This document shows positions 1-12,280 of a stretch of 64,000 nt of DNA, one piece after another. Every line of letters starts with the position of its first letter. Position 1 is the stretch's first letter. A model generated the notes under the pieces. It worked only from the letters and a program-made list of their open reading frames with translations, ran no database searches and had not been told where the DNA came from. The position numbers and the translations under genes are program-made. Source of the DNA: Octopus sinensis (Eukaryota); the NCBI RefSeq assembly GCF_006345805.1, contig NC_042998.1, forward strand, positions 3,472,001 to 3,536,000. Direction: 5' to 3'.

Positions 1-234
1 TTATGGCAATTAGAAGTTTAACAAAATGTCAAGAGCAGTGGAAAGTTAACAAATAGGAAAATGACTCCTAAAACGAAAAGTGATGTCCAACGAAAGACGG
101 GAACACACACAAAGAAGCCATTGTTTCTTTGAAGATATATTAAGGTCACAGTTGCGTGGCTTCATCAAAGAAAAGACAATTCTTCTTCCTGAAAAATTTC
201 AATGAAAGATCTATTATTTTCACTGCATATTTCT

Positions 235-648
235 TATTTCTTTACTGTCCACAAGGGGCTAAACATAGAGGAGACAAATAAGGACAGACAAACGGATTAA
301 GTCGATTATATCGACCCCAGTGCGTAACTGGTACTTATTTAATCGACCGCGAAAGGATGAAAGGCAAAGTTGACCTCGGCAGAATTTGAACTCAGAACGT
401 AACGGCAGACGAAATACCTATTTCTTTACTACCCACAAGGGGCTAAACACAGAGAAGACAAACAAGGACAGACAAACGGATTAAGTCGATTACATCGACC
501 CCAGTGAGTAACTGGTACTTATTTAATCGACCCCGAAAGGATGAAAGGCAAAGTCGACCTCGGCGGAATTTGAACTCAGGACGTAGCGGCAGACGAAATA
601 CGGCTACGCATTTCGCCCGACGTGCTAACATTTTTACCAGCTCGCCAC
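235..648 (-). mobile_element. tRNA-derived SINE family S1, head-to-tail dimer with 17-bp TSD
   Basis: Minus strand reads GGCGAGCTGG...GAGTTCAAATTCCGCC (box B-like)...AAAGAAATA, with an ~186-bp unit repeated. TTTCACTGCATATTTCT flanks it at 218-234 and 650-666. Confidence 0.85.
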
Positions 649-1388
649 ATTTCACTGCATATTTCTGTCACGCTATAGTATAACCTCACTGGATACTGGC
701 TGAGACTGATCCCACCAAGCTCATTCCTCACTTCATCCCATATCTAATTAACTTTCATTGATTTAAACCTTGATTTAAACATTGATAACGATCAATCATC
801 ACAGATAATGATCTCTATGGATGCAATTTGTATTAATTACTAGACTGTTAGCTTTCACTATGCTACTTTTAGTACGTTATTTGTGTCACACGATCGCTGC
901 AAAACATGATTTAATTCTGTGGAATAAGCTCATTGCACGAACTTATTTTACAAAATTATCAAGAGTTTCAGTTATGCGATGCAGTCAATTTCCAACTAAG
1001 TTCTGGTGTATTTTATCTTTACTATTAAGATTCTTCTTCCTCAGAAAATATATACCGTGCCGCCCCTTCTCAGTTCATCACTATTTTACAATATTTTATT
1101 ATCTATTTTATTTCTCTTCTCTTTCTCAAACTATTTCTCTTTATGTATCAATTACTTTCTGCATGTCCCCCTGTCTTTCGTTGCGGTGAACGTTTATATA
1201 CATAAGTTGATAATCTGACGCTTTAGGTCAAGGCTGGTTCAATGTTTATTCTGTATGTGTCGGAAAGTCAGGGACAGCTTAAAAAGAAAGCAGCATATTT
1301 CCCACAAAATTTCTAAAATATAAATGATCGTATTTATGATCGTGAGAATGGTGTGATGGACAAACAGATTTTCTTAGTTTATCAACAA

Positions 1389-1779
1389 CTAGCAGTACCA
1401 CCCGGTGTTGCTCGGGTTTGTTTTGACCCTTTAGCATTGGAATTTTTGGAAAGTAAAACATTTGCATTATGTAGTTTGTTATTCTCTTTAAGTGAACATT
1501 TTTCTGGTTGAAATACACCGAAAAATGGCGACACAGCAGTCAAAAAATCGTAAAAAATAGGGGTTTTCATAGAAAAAAAGCACCTTTGTGATGTAAATAA
1601 TTTTTGGTGTTAACATGATACGATTTGAATTTTTTTCTTCTAAGAAAGGAAAAGCAATCCTTCTTCTATCATACTTTCAATTTTGGTCAACTTGCGCCGC
1701 AGAGTCTCGGAGGAGATAGTGTTAGTTGAAGGCTACCAAACCTGCCATACACAGACAACTTCAGCTTTATATATAGAGA
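1389..1779 (-). mobile_element. Non-autonomous Helitron
   Basis: Minus strand starts TC (a|TCTCTATATATAAAGCTG), ends with the hairpin CCCGAGCAACACCGGG followed by CTAG|t, sits between A and T, and has no TSD. Confidence 0.75.
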
Positions 1780-3292
1780 TTTACTGCGAATGAGATGATT
1801 TTGAAATGGATTCTTTACATTTCACTTCACTTCAATTGCATACAGAAACTTTGCAGTTTCTGAATGTGATTTAGTAGAATATGTTTTTAGAACCTTTTAC
1901 AAGGAGATCGACTAAGACATACTGTGATTTATGATTTGCCCAGAATCTCGAGCATTTTATATCTATCGTCCAGGGTTTTAATTATAATATCCCTTTGATA
2001 TATGATCTGAGAGTAATCTATCCACAAACCATATTCAAATGAAATACTTAATGATAGTAGCTCGGTACATCTAGTTCTGGCATCCTCGATGCTTGCTTCC
2101 GTTCGCTGCCGCATCTTATACATACACTAACCTATTAAATGCATTCCACATTAACCGACATACCATTCATTCGGGTCTGCTCTGTAATTCATATGAACAC
2201 AAAAATTTAAATGATTTTTTTTTAGGTGTTATTTAGAAAGGTTTCAAACTAGTGTCGCTGGGTTAATTGAAAAGATTTTCTTTCCGACGTCTACAGAGAA
2301 ATTGAAATCATTTCCTACTGAGACGTCTGGAAATATATATATATTCATATTGCACAGAGCTATTAAAGAAACTAGTCTTTCACTGATGTTCTCTATCTTA
2401 CTCCTAATGCGCACATGCGCAGAGGCACACATTCAAGCAGATGCACACACATATATATATTTATACTTGCATATATGTATATATAATTAGATTTTATAAC
2501 ATATGCACTCACGTACCCAGATATACAAATCTATACAGACATATTCTCATATACATAAATACTAACTAGATAAGCTGCAATCACAGCAGACATTTTGCAG
2601 GTCCACCTTCTACCATCAGAATGAATTTATTTTTCAGTGTGTGTTTATAAAAATAACAATAATAAAGATGAAGAGAAAGATAGTAGAGCATTTGCAATTC
2701 ATGTTAGTCGGGATTGTTAAACATCAAATGAAGATATAAAAATATATTTTACTCTCGATTCAGTTTCTGGTTATAATGTCAAAGACAGCAAGGGAAAAGA
2801 TGATTAAAAAACTAGAGACGAATATTGCAACAGAAAGGGAAAAAGCGAAGTAAAAGTGTTCACATAAAACAAAGAAGTTTCTAGCTCTATTTCTTTACAC
2901 TAACAATATACATCTTGGGAATTAACGTTAAACATTTTAAAGAAGAGTAACCCGCCTGAAAAACTATTAGCATTGTCGTAGCTTCTGTATGGGTTGCTTG
3001 ACCAGCTAGAAATAGTACCCAAGTCTCCCTCAAATCATAAGGAAAGAAAAAAGGAAACGACAGACTACATAAACTAGTCCTACAGAACCCTAAAACGACT
3101 GGATAGATAAGGCTGGGATACTTTTTATCATAGGGTTTACCCGATCAAGACTGACCAAGGGTTAAGCAATAGCAACATCTACACAAAAAAATAGAGGAAA
3201 TGGATTGGGTACTGTAGTACTCATATCTTTCCTATCAATGACCTCGTTGGAGGCAGAAAATTTATTTTTAACCAAATTCTAGTTTTGTCCAG

Positions 3293-3433
3293 ATATGCTT
3301 TGTGTATTAATTACCGGCGCCATTAAAATATTTCCTTCAAACAATGTCGGCGAAAGTTGGATTTTTAAAATTGTGATTCTATGTTTGTCCCATATAAATG
3401 CCCTGTTCTGCTTGGGTGACATTTCGTTGTTAG
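3293..3433 (+). CDS. Candidate isolated exon, hydrophobic, weakly class-A-GPCR TM2-TM3-like
   Basis: ttttgtccAG acceptor with an in-frame stop just upstream. Open phase-1/phase-1 141 nt: (D)MLCVLITGAIKIFPSNNVGESWIFKIVILCLSHINALFCLGDISLL. Donor AG|GTTACT is weak. No database support available. Confidence 0.2.
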
Positions 3434-3895
3434 GTTACTAAAAATAATAGCCATGCTGGTATCAGCAGTCTCTTTAAACATTAATAGACTGGCAAATAGC
3501 AACAATAGGAAAATTAGCTTAATGATATTAAAGGCAACAGGCACACTGCAGTCAATAAACGCTGTAATAACAAAACCGAAATGAAAGAAATATATAAACA
3601 ATAACAGAAGTGATGTGGTAGAAACGAGACAATAACATTAACGATCAGAGCAACAACAATGAACATGGAAATAACTGAAAGATAAAAAGCAAAAGAGATA
3701 GAAAAAATGCTAGAAATAAGCAATGATATCAATAGAGAAACATCACCTAACAACACTTTTACAGACAATGTCAGCATATATTAAAAACAAGGATGATAAC
3801 AGAGACAACAGCAACAAAAACAGCAACAATTCAACGGTATTCCTGCGGGTTTAGATGGAATGACTAAACTCCTGTGTAAAAATAAACCGAACAAC

Positions 3896-4030
3896 GTACT
3901 TATTTAATCGACCCCTAAAGGATGAAGGGCAAAGTCGACCTCGGCGGAATTTGAACTCAAAACGTAACGGCAGACGAAATACCGCCAAGTATTTCGCCCG
4001 GCGTGCTTACGATTCTGCCAGCTCGCCGTC
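3896..4030 (-). mobile_element. SINE S1, 3'-truncated
   Basis: Matches the S1 head and body seen at 421-648. Confidence 0.8.
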
Positions 4031-4035
4031 CTAAT

Positions 4036-4062
4036 TACGTTTCGAGCATAGCTCTTCGTCAG
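4036..4062 (-). ncRNA. Minimal hammerhead core (family HHR-A), stem I not canonical
   Basis: Minus strand: CUGACGA-A-GAGC-UAU-GCUC-GAAA-CG-UA. Confidence 0.55.
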
Positions 4063-4147
4063 TGACGGGAAAAACAGGAAAGTCCAAAGAAAAAGAAGGA
4101 AGATGGAGGAAAAATCGCCAACAGTCCACATGCGATTACATTTCTGA

Positions 4148-4178
<31 letters not shown>

Positions 4179-4339
4179 TTCATAAATGCGAATCAAATAT
4201 TAAATCAAATAGTAAATCCGAGTGAGTTGCGGTTTTGTACTATAAACTAATATTCACCTCAATAATGACAATATTGAATCTATTCCAAATACCTGAGACA
4301 CTATAATTCAATTCACTACAGGTTTACACTTTTTTTTAC

Positions 4340-4745
4340 CGTCGTAGGAGTGGCTGTGTGGTAAGTAGCTTGCTGATCAACCACACGGTTCCCAGTTCAG
4401 TCCCACCGCGTGGCACCTTGGGCAAGTGTCTTCTACTATAACCTCGGGCCGACCATAGCCTTGTGAGTGGATTTGGTAGACGGAAACTGAAAAGAAGCCG
4501 GTCGTATATATGTATATATATGTATATGTGTGTGTATATGTTTGTGTATCTTTGTCCCCCAACATCATTTGACAACCGATGCTGGTGTGTTTACGTCTCC
4601 GTAACTTAGCGGTTCAGCAAAAGAGACCGATAGAATAAGTACTAGGCTTACAAAGATTAAGTCCTGGAGTCGATTTGCTCGACTAAAGGTGGTGCTCCAG
4701 CATAGCCAAAGTCAAATGACTGAAACAAGTTAAGGAGTAAAAGAG
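4340..4745 (+). mobile_element. tRNA-derived SINE family S2 with internal TA/TG microsatellite
   Basis: GGAGTGGCTGTGTGGTAAGTAGC head, CCTTGGGCAAGTGTCTT core, tail GGTGCTCCAGCAT...GACTGAAACAAG(TAAAAGAG)n. Confidence 0.85.
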
Positions 4746-5505
4746 TCTAGAACGCTACACTTTCACAGTTTTATAAAAGTTGCGGAAAAGAACTCCCATA
4801 TTTTACACATTGACATATGTTTCAACAGCAAAGGTAGAGTATATATCTGTGCAAAATCATATTGATAACGGAATAAAAAACGCGATGAAATATTTGCTAC
4901 ATGAAGATACATTTATTACCTGTCTACTCGTGCCGCAAAAAAAATAAAACAGTATAAAATAGGGGCAAGTTTTTCCGTCGCACTCCAATAGTTCTACCGA
5001 TGTAAGAGAGCCGACACACCTTAATGTTTCATCTATTTCTTTATCATGAAACTACTGGCATCAGTAATAGCTGCAGGAACAGTTATAATAATAACACCAT
5101 CACAATTCCTCTTCGTAAAGATCTGTTAGAAAGAAGGTTATATAAAAACAGTTAAGCAACTTATCTAACAGTTTTTATATAGCACCTCGTTAGAGTAGTG
5201 TAATGCTTGGAACGGTTTCAATAGCTTTTCATTTCCTCTTTTATTTATACTTTTAAAATAAATATTAGAATATATATATCTACCTAAAATCCGCAGATTC
5301 ATTTATTTCTGTATTCCGCGTCCTTCGTATGAGTCATTCGCTTCGCTTTTTTATTCTATTATTATGGGTCATATATATTCAAAAGACAGAGAGGAAAAGA
5401 AAATAACTAAACAAACGTGAGTACGTAGCACAAGTAATGTATTAATGACGCTCGGAGAAAGAAGAGGGTTGTTGTTTAACGCTTCGAGCATATTTTTCAT
5501 TATTG

Positions 5506-5907
5506 CCCCCAGGGAGCTAAATATAGAGGGGATATACAAGGACAGACAAACGGATTAAGTCGATTACATTGACCCCAGTGCGTAATTGGTACTTATTTAA
5601 TCGACCCCTAAAGGATGAAAGGCAAAGTCGACCTCGGCGGAATTTGAACTCAGAACGTAACGGCAGACGAAATACCTATTTCTTTACTATCCACAAGGGG
5701 CTAAACACAGAGGGGACAAACAAGGACAGACAAACGGATTAAGTCGATTACATCGACCCCAGTGCGTAACTGGTACTTATTTAATCAACCCCAAAAGGTT
5801 GAAAGGCAAAGTCGACCTCGGCGGAATTTGAACTCAGAACGTAACGGCAGACGAAATACCGCCAAGTATTTCGCCCGGCGTGCTTACGATTCTACCAGCT
5901 CGTCGCC
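5506..5907 (-). mobile_element. SINE S1 dimer
   Basis: Same dimer junction (AAAGAAATAGGTATTTCGTCTG) as 235-648. Confidence 0.85.
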
Positions 5908-5912
5908 CTAAT

Positions 5913-5939
5913 TACGTTTCGAGCATAGCTCTTCGTCAG
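5913..5939 (-). ncRNA. Minimal hammerhead core (HHR-A), duplicate of 4036-4062
   Basis: Identical CUGACGA-A-GAGCUAUGCUC-GAAACGUA. Confidence 0.55.
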
Positions 5940-6021
5940 GGACAGGAAAAACAGAAAAGTCCAAAGAAAAAGAAGGAAGATGGAGGAAAAATCGTCAACA
6001 GTCCACATGCGATTACATTTC

Positions 6022-6089
<68 letters not shown>

Positions 6090-6175
6090 CATAAATGCGA
6101 ATCAAATATTCTCCGTATAGAATATACTTAGTGGTGCTCAAGAGGTTTAAACTTGAACGAGTAGAGAAGTAAATG

Positions 6176-6507
6176 TAAGGATAAGCAAGTTAAGCAGACC
6201 AATATACAAAGTATATTAAATATGTGAAATACAAGAATATGTACGTTTACATAACAAAACGGTCTGACTTAAACAGGATAGAAATAATATCAAGAATTAA
6301 AGGGACTGAAGAAAAGTATTACAAATCTAACAGCTGTTTCTGGGAGCTCGGTGGTCCAAAAGAATGTTTGTAGATTGAGTGCATCGTCGGTCTTCAGGGA
6401 AGAGATCTTACATTTGAGGTATTGACAGAAATGAGTTCAATGATGGAGTTGTATTTCATGTATCTAATATATTTTGTATATTGACCTGCCTAACTTGCTT
6501 ACCCTTA
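6176..6507. repeat. Old inverted-repeat element enclosing a degenerate HHR (Penelope-like terminus relic)
   Basis: 59-bp arms at 6176-6234 and 6449-6507 with 8 transitions. The minus strand inside has CUGAAGA (6391-6397) and GAAA-CAGCUG-UU (6329-6340), but stems I and II are decayed. Confidence 0.45.
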
Positions 6508-6525
6508 TATTAACTTCTTTCTCCA

Positions 6526-6557
<32 letters not shown>

Positions 6558-6559
6558 TT

Positions 6560-6597
<38 letters not shown>

Positions 6598-6618
6598 TAG
6601 AGAGATATAGACATTTAT

Positions 6619-6676
<58 letters not shown>

Positions 6677-6961
6677 TATATATGGATCTATAGAGATTCC
6701 ATTGACTGTTAATATAAACGTTTGTTTTCTAACTAAATTCTCAGATATTGTAAGGGCGGTAAGTTCAGTCAAATCACTAATCACTATACGGAAATATATA
6801 AACACATTTGTGCATGATTTATTTCCAAGATGTATATAACACTTGTGTTCCAACTAATCAATGTGTCATTGTTGCCACTTTAATGCTATATCGATTACCA
6901 TAAACATCTCTAAGTATCATAAACTACATGTCATACTTTTAATCTCCACGAAACTCCATGA

Positions 6962-7270
6962 TTATCTATGACTTACTTCCATCTATTTACAAGCTTTTTA
7001 ATCCCATCAATGTAAAAATCTTTTGATTTTGAAGTGAAGAACTCTTCCTGGCTTGCGAAAGTTATGTCCCTCAAATGATTCTGTAAACTACGAAACAAAT
7101 GATAGTCTGAAGGAGCAAGGTCGGGAGAATAAGGTGGATGATGAATTTTTTCCCAACCAAGCTCTTTGATCTTCTGTAATGTGATCTTTGCAGTGTGGGG
7201 TCGCGCATTGTCTTTATGAAACATCACTCCTTTTCGATTCACTAAAGGGGGTCTTTTTTTCTTCAAAGCT
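6962..7270 (-). mobile_element. Mariner transposase C-terminal fragment (pseudogene)
   Basis: KRPPLVNRKGVMFHKDNARPHTA...HPPYSPDLAPSDYHLF; HDNARPH and YSPDLAPSD are mariner DD34D motifs. Confidence 0.9.
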
Positions 7271-7304
7271 TTTCAAATCGATGAGTCATAAATAATAATC
7301 TTAC

Positions 7305-7457
7305 CTGATAGTACAGTCACAGCTATGACTCGAACCATTTCAATGTTTACTGGGAACTTCCTTAAAATAGTCAAAATTCTGACAAGATTAGACATTTGTT
7401 TATAAAGACACAGGTGGAGAACTGAAATTCTGCTCTCATATCTGGGATGGTGTGCTT
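7305..7457 (-). CDS. Candidate isolated exon, unknown protein
   Basis: Strong donor CAG|GTAAGA; CTGAC branch-like motif and AG acceptor. Open 153-nt phase-1/phase-1 frame (E)AHHPRYESRISVLHLCLYKQMSNLVRILTILRKFPVNIEMVRVIAVTVLS(G). Confidence 0.25.
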
Positions 7458-8102
7458 CTATGTTATATGAGTCAGACAAAATATTACATTACATTGAATC
7501 TCAGAACAAGCCATCTGTAGCCCACCCCTGCATATTTTTGAAATTGTTATTATAACATCTGATGCTTCTATCAACTGACTTGTTGCATATCAACCGACTT
7601 AAACATCTTCGCATATCTTATTCCCGTAATGCATTTGTATTCATAAACCCTAAGCTATGTACTTTCCCTAATACTAATATTTCTTGAATTACACCTTCCT
7701 AGAACGTTTACCTCACAATTTCCTACCAAATATCAATTTTATTTCATTCGATAAAAATATTTTTCAAGGGGGGCTCTACTTAGTTTTAATTAGAAAAGAA
7801 AAGTACAACAAAAGAAAAAGTGATTGTCTCCGTCGGCGGGAATTGAAACCAGATCGCTGATTCAGAAGTTTTACTCAATAGTCTACCACAGTGCTTCTTT
7901 TCCAATCAGAACGTACGAAAGATATTTCAAAACCACTACATAGCGGTACTGATTGCAGCGGCATTTGAAAAGAGAATAATTTTCCTTAGTTTCAGCATTA
8001 GAATATTCCTAATTACTGTGTCTCGATGTATTTCAAATACTTAGAAGTACACGGAGCAACAACAGCAATATATATAAATACATACATACATACATACATA
8101 CA

Positions 8103-8184
<82 letters not shown>

Positions 8185-8229
8185 ATATTATCATTAATTA
8201 AAATCTTAGAGTAGCAAGAATATTTATTC

Positions 8230-8807
8230 AGAGAAGAATACAGTGTACATTCAAACACAAAAGAGATACCCAAAGTATAGGATATCTGACTCGCTAGAAA
8301 GAGCAGTTAAACTCCAAGCCACTAATTGTTGTAATTCCGAAAGTGATTCAAAAATAAAAACTTTTACCTTAACCCTAGACCCTGCAAGGTTTCTGCAGAC
8401 TTAAATACAGATTGAAGTAAAATAATGTCTGGCGCTGCGTCTTCTGAAGGTTGCCAGGAATGGACACATAGACAAGGAGCGATAAATAATCAGCCACGTG
8501 TCTATAGAAAAATGAGAACCTATAGACACGTGGCTGATTATTTATCGGTCCGTGCCTATGTGTCCATTCCTGGCAACCTACTGAAGACGCAGCGCCAGAT
8601 ATAGGCTGAAATTATTTTATTTCAATCTGTATTTAAGTCTGCAGAAACCTTGCAGGGTCTAGGATTAAGGTAAAAGTTTTTATTTTTCAATCACTTTCGG
8701 AATTACAACAATTAGTGGCTTGGAGTTTAACTGCTCTTTCTAGTGAGTCAGATATCATATTCTTTGGGTATCTCGTTTGTGTTTGAATGTACACTGTATT
8801 CTTCTCT
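8230..8807. repeat. Foldback (about 280-bp inverted arms, 12-nt spacer) carrying hammerheads
   Basis: 8230-8507 is the reverse complement of 8520-8807 apart from about 10 substitutions and short indels. Confidence 0.92.
8577..8663 (+). ncRNA. Type I hammerhead ribozyme with long stem II
   Basis: Stem I CCUA/UAGG; core CUGAAGA (8581-87); 56-nt stem II (GCAG/CUGC, CAGAU/AUCUG, UGAAAU/AUUUCA); GAAA; stem III ACCU-UGCA-GGGU; GUC cleavage after 8659. The basal stem II pair is a C-A mismatch. Confidence 0.7.
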
Positions 8808-8841
<34 letters not shown>

Positions 8842-8842
8842 A

Positions 8843-8924
<82 letters not shown>

Positions 8925-10680
8925 GTAACTGCCCGAAACGTTCGTGACTTCTACGTGACTGAGGAAAGAAGGCCATGAATGACCCGTCTTTTTTTGCCTG
9001 TCCTTCTAATTGTTGTTTCGTCCTCTATTGCGTTTTTGTTCCATATATGTGTATATATGTATATATATATAATATATATATATATATATAATATATATAT
9101 ATTATATATATATATATATATACATATATGGGGCACAGTTATCTGTAACTCGATACAATAAAGTGTTTCCTGGGGATCTGTTGTGGTTGATCATTTATAT
9201 GCATTTCCAACTTATACCGCATAGCTTCAAACAACTATAATGAAGATATGCGCGTAGGAACTTTTATATAAACTGGCATCTATCCGTACTTCACTGAATT
9301 TCATCCGTAGTTTATAACTGGTAATACTACTCAGTACACTAACAATACAGAAAGCAAACTGCATTATGGAAATCTTTGTGGAGCTCTAAACATTACAGTA
9401 TTAGACGTATATCTACTTGTACACATAGTCTCTTATATATATATTTGCTCACCTTATTACTACAAAAACAATTTTCGGTTATTCACAAATACGTGTCCGG
9501 TATATAATACGATTTTTAGATTAGTGAGTTGCCTCGAAAATATGAAATTCCTCAAAAATGCTTTGAAAGTGTAAATATAGGTTACACGGTTCACATTACT
9601 TCATACATTTTTATTATCGCTTTTCATCTTGTTTTCAGAAGAATAGCAGAAATTACGACTCTTTTCAGGACCTTCCAAACTGGTAGGAAAAAGACTAAAT
9701 GTATCCTTAGATCGGAGATTTGGCAAGAATACTTACGGCAGAATTAACTCCGCTAAAGGCAACCAACTTCCAGATATTGATGTTAAATCACCACTACTTG
9801 AAACTTGATTGCTCTTAATTTCAGTCAACTGATTAATTAATGCTACCAACCAAGGGCAGGAACAATCCTTCTGATGGGATTCATTCATAATTACCGACAG
9901 CCAAATTTCCCTTACATAGCTTTGGTCAATCTGATGTTATAGTAGAATGCATTTGTCTTAGGTGCCATGTATAACTCGAAATCGAGAAGCAACAAACAAC
10001 AAGCAAAACAGGGGATATAGAAGCAAAGATCCAAAACTTAGATATATTAACTCAGCATTAAAAGACCGTGAGATACTGAGTAAAACTTGTCATTTCACAT
10101 GAAATGCAGTTACTAGAGAAGGGAAGAGTCTAAATATATTACATGAGTTCGTAGCAAAAATAACTCAGATAGCATCAACAGTATTAAGAACAATAATATG
10201 GAGATTCAAAGCATAACGTGTAGTAGCACTGAAACGAGGCCGAGTTCTGCCTTATCATGTCTTTATGTGTTTGTGAAATTAGACTGTCATCATTGATCAC
10301 ACAGCTAAATACATATGTTATAGTTTTCACATGTGAAATGTTACCACACCTCATTGACATCTTCTATACTGAAAATAGAATCTATGAGTCACATCAAAAT
10401 TTTATGCCTTACTGAAGAACGTCAAAAGATGAAAGTTAATTTGGTATATAATAAATCTATGGACAAGATGATAGCGACTTTCTAAAATTACTTTGCAAGC
10501 TCGGAGAAGTAAATGAAGAATTATGGAAAATGGCTTAGTTTATTTCTGTAACTTGGCGAGCATCAGCGATGCGCTAACGATGCCACCCGCCAGCTACAGG
10601 ACTGTTCATATTGACGATGATAATGATGATGCTCAACATTATCACCATCCTAATCATGACAGAAATATACACGTGTTAAG

Positions 10681-10905
10681 GCATTGAGCTGGCAGAACCG
10701 TTAGCACACCGGGCGAAATGCGTAGCGGTATTTCGTCTGTCGCTATGTTCTGAGTTCAAATTCCTCCGAAGTCGACTTTGCCTTTCATCCTTTCAGGATA
10801 GATAAATTAAGTACCAGTTACGCACTGGGAATCGACTTAATCCGTTTGTCTGTCCTTGTTTGTCTCCTCTATGTTTAGCCCCTTGTGGGCAATAAAGAAA
10901 TAAGA
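10681..10905 (+). mobile_element. SINE S1
   Basis: GAGCTGGCAGAA...GAGTTCAAATT...AAAGAAATAAG. Confidence 0.85.
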
Positions 10906-11171
10906 AATAAGAAATATATACGTGTGTGCGTTTGTGTGTGTATGTGTGTGCGTGCGTATGTGTGTGTGTGTGTGTTCGTGAGTAAACCCCCCACCACACG
11001 TTATATATGTATATACAAATTTAAATGCTGCTTCCTCTATGCAGATTACACCAAACACAGTGTCTGAAAAACTGAGCAACGAAAACGCTTACACATAATA
11101 CGAATACTTCGTTGCTTCTCTAGGAATCTTTTAAAAGTTAATAACTTTTAAGAAAATCTTTCTTTCAATAT

Positions 11172-11440
11172 TGGTTTAAAATTTTGGCACAAGGCCAGAA
11201 AGAATGGGGGAGGGGGTAAGACGATTTCATCGAGCCCAATGGCTCTTTTTTCATCGAGCCAGAAAGAATGGGGGAGGGGGTAAGACGATTTCATCGACCC
11301 CAATGGCTCTTTTTTCATTGATCCCGAAAGGTTGAAAGGCAAAGTCGATCTCGGTAAAACTTGAACTCGGAATGTAAAGACGGACGAAATGCTGCAAAGC
11401 ATTTTGTCCGGCATGCTAACGGATCTAGAAGTTCACCGCT
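11172..11440 (-). mobile_element. SINE S1b (variant tail TGGCCTTGTGCCAAAATTT) with ~60-bp internal duplication
   Basis: S1-like head; CCAGAAAGAATGGGGGAGGGGGTAAGACGATTTCATCGA occurs twice. Confidence 0.7.
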
Positions 11441-11805
11441 TTAGATCTTTCTTTCTTTAAATATTGTGACTGTATCAAGTATGTTTTGCAAAGATTTTTA
11501 TATACATATATAGTTATGCGTATATTTATGTAAGTGTATACGTGGAGTGCCTGCATGCTTTATGTATGTATGTTTATTTTAGTAGTTTTGACTTCGAAAG
11601 TCCCTCCTAGTATGTGGCATTTATGTGTAATAATGCCCTCTATAAAATAAAAATGAATACATTTAAAAGAAAAACATTGATGTTTTTTTTTTTCTCTTAT
11701 GAGGTTTTTCACGCTAACTATTTGATAAATTCTTATAAAGATTTTATCCTATTTTAAAATTATGTATGTATGTATGTATGTATGTATGAATGTATGTATG
11801 AATGT

Positions 11806-12040
11806 AGGCGGAGAGCTGGCAGAAACGTTAGCACGCCGGGAGAAATGCTTAACGGTATTTCGCTTGTCGTTACGTTGTGAGTTCAAATTCCGCCGAGGTT
11901 GACATTGCCTTTCATCCTTTCGGGGTCGATAAATTAAGTACCAGTTACGCACTGGAGTCGATGTAATCGACTTAATCCCTTTGTCTGTCCTTGTTTGTCC
12001 CCTCTATGTTTAGCCCCTTGAGGGTAATAAAGAAATAGGT
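11806..12040 (+). mobile_element. SINE S1
   Basis: Full S1 monomer flanked by (TATG)n. Confidence 0.85.
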
Positions 12041-12280
12041 AGGTATGTATGTATGTATGTATGTATGTATTTTGAAGACTGAAATCGATGGTCTGTGCTA
12101 CAAATCTTCAGATGTTCATGAAAAATGTCAATAAATAATTTTTAATCGAAACCTAGCGTACATATCTGAATATGATGAAAAATAGAAAGAAGGGAGAAAT
12201 TTATTGGTTCACAATATAACCCTTATATGAAATGTATTAGGCTTGGTAAAAGAAATAACTAATATATATATATATATATA

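Noticed and set aside
10400-10450. CTGAAGA...GAAA motif
   Set aside because: Stems I and II need several bulges; compatible with chance in AT-rich DNA.
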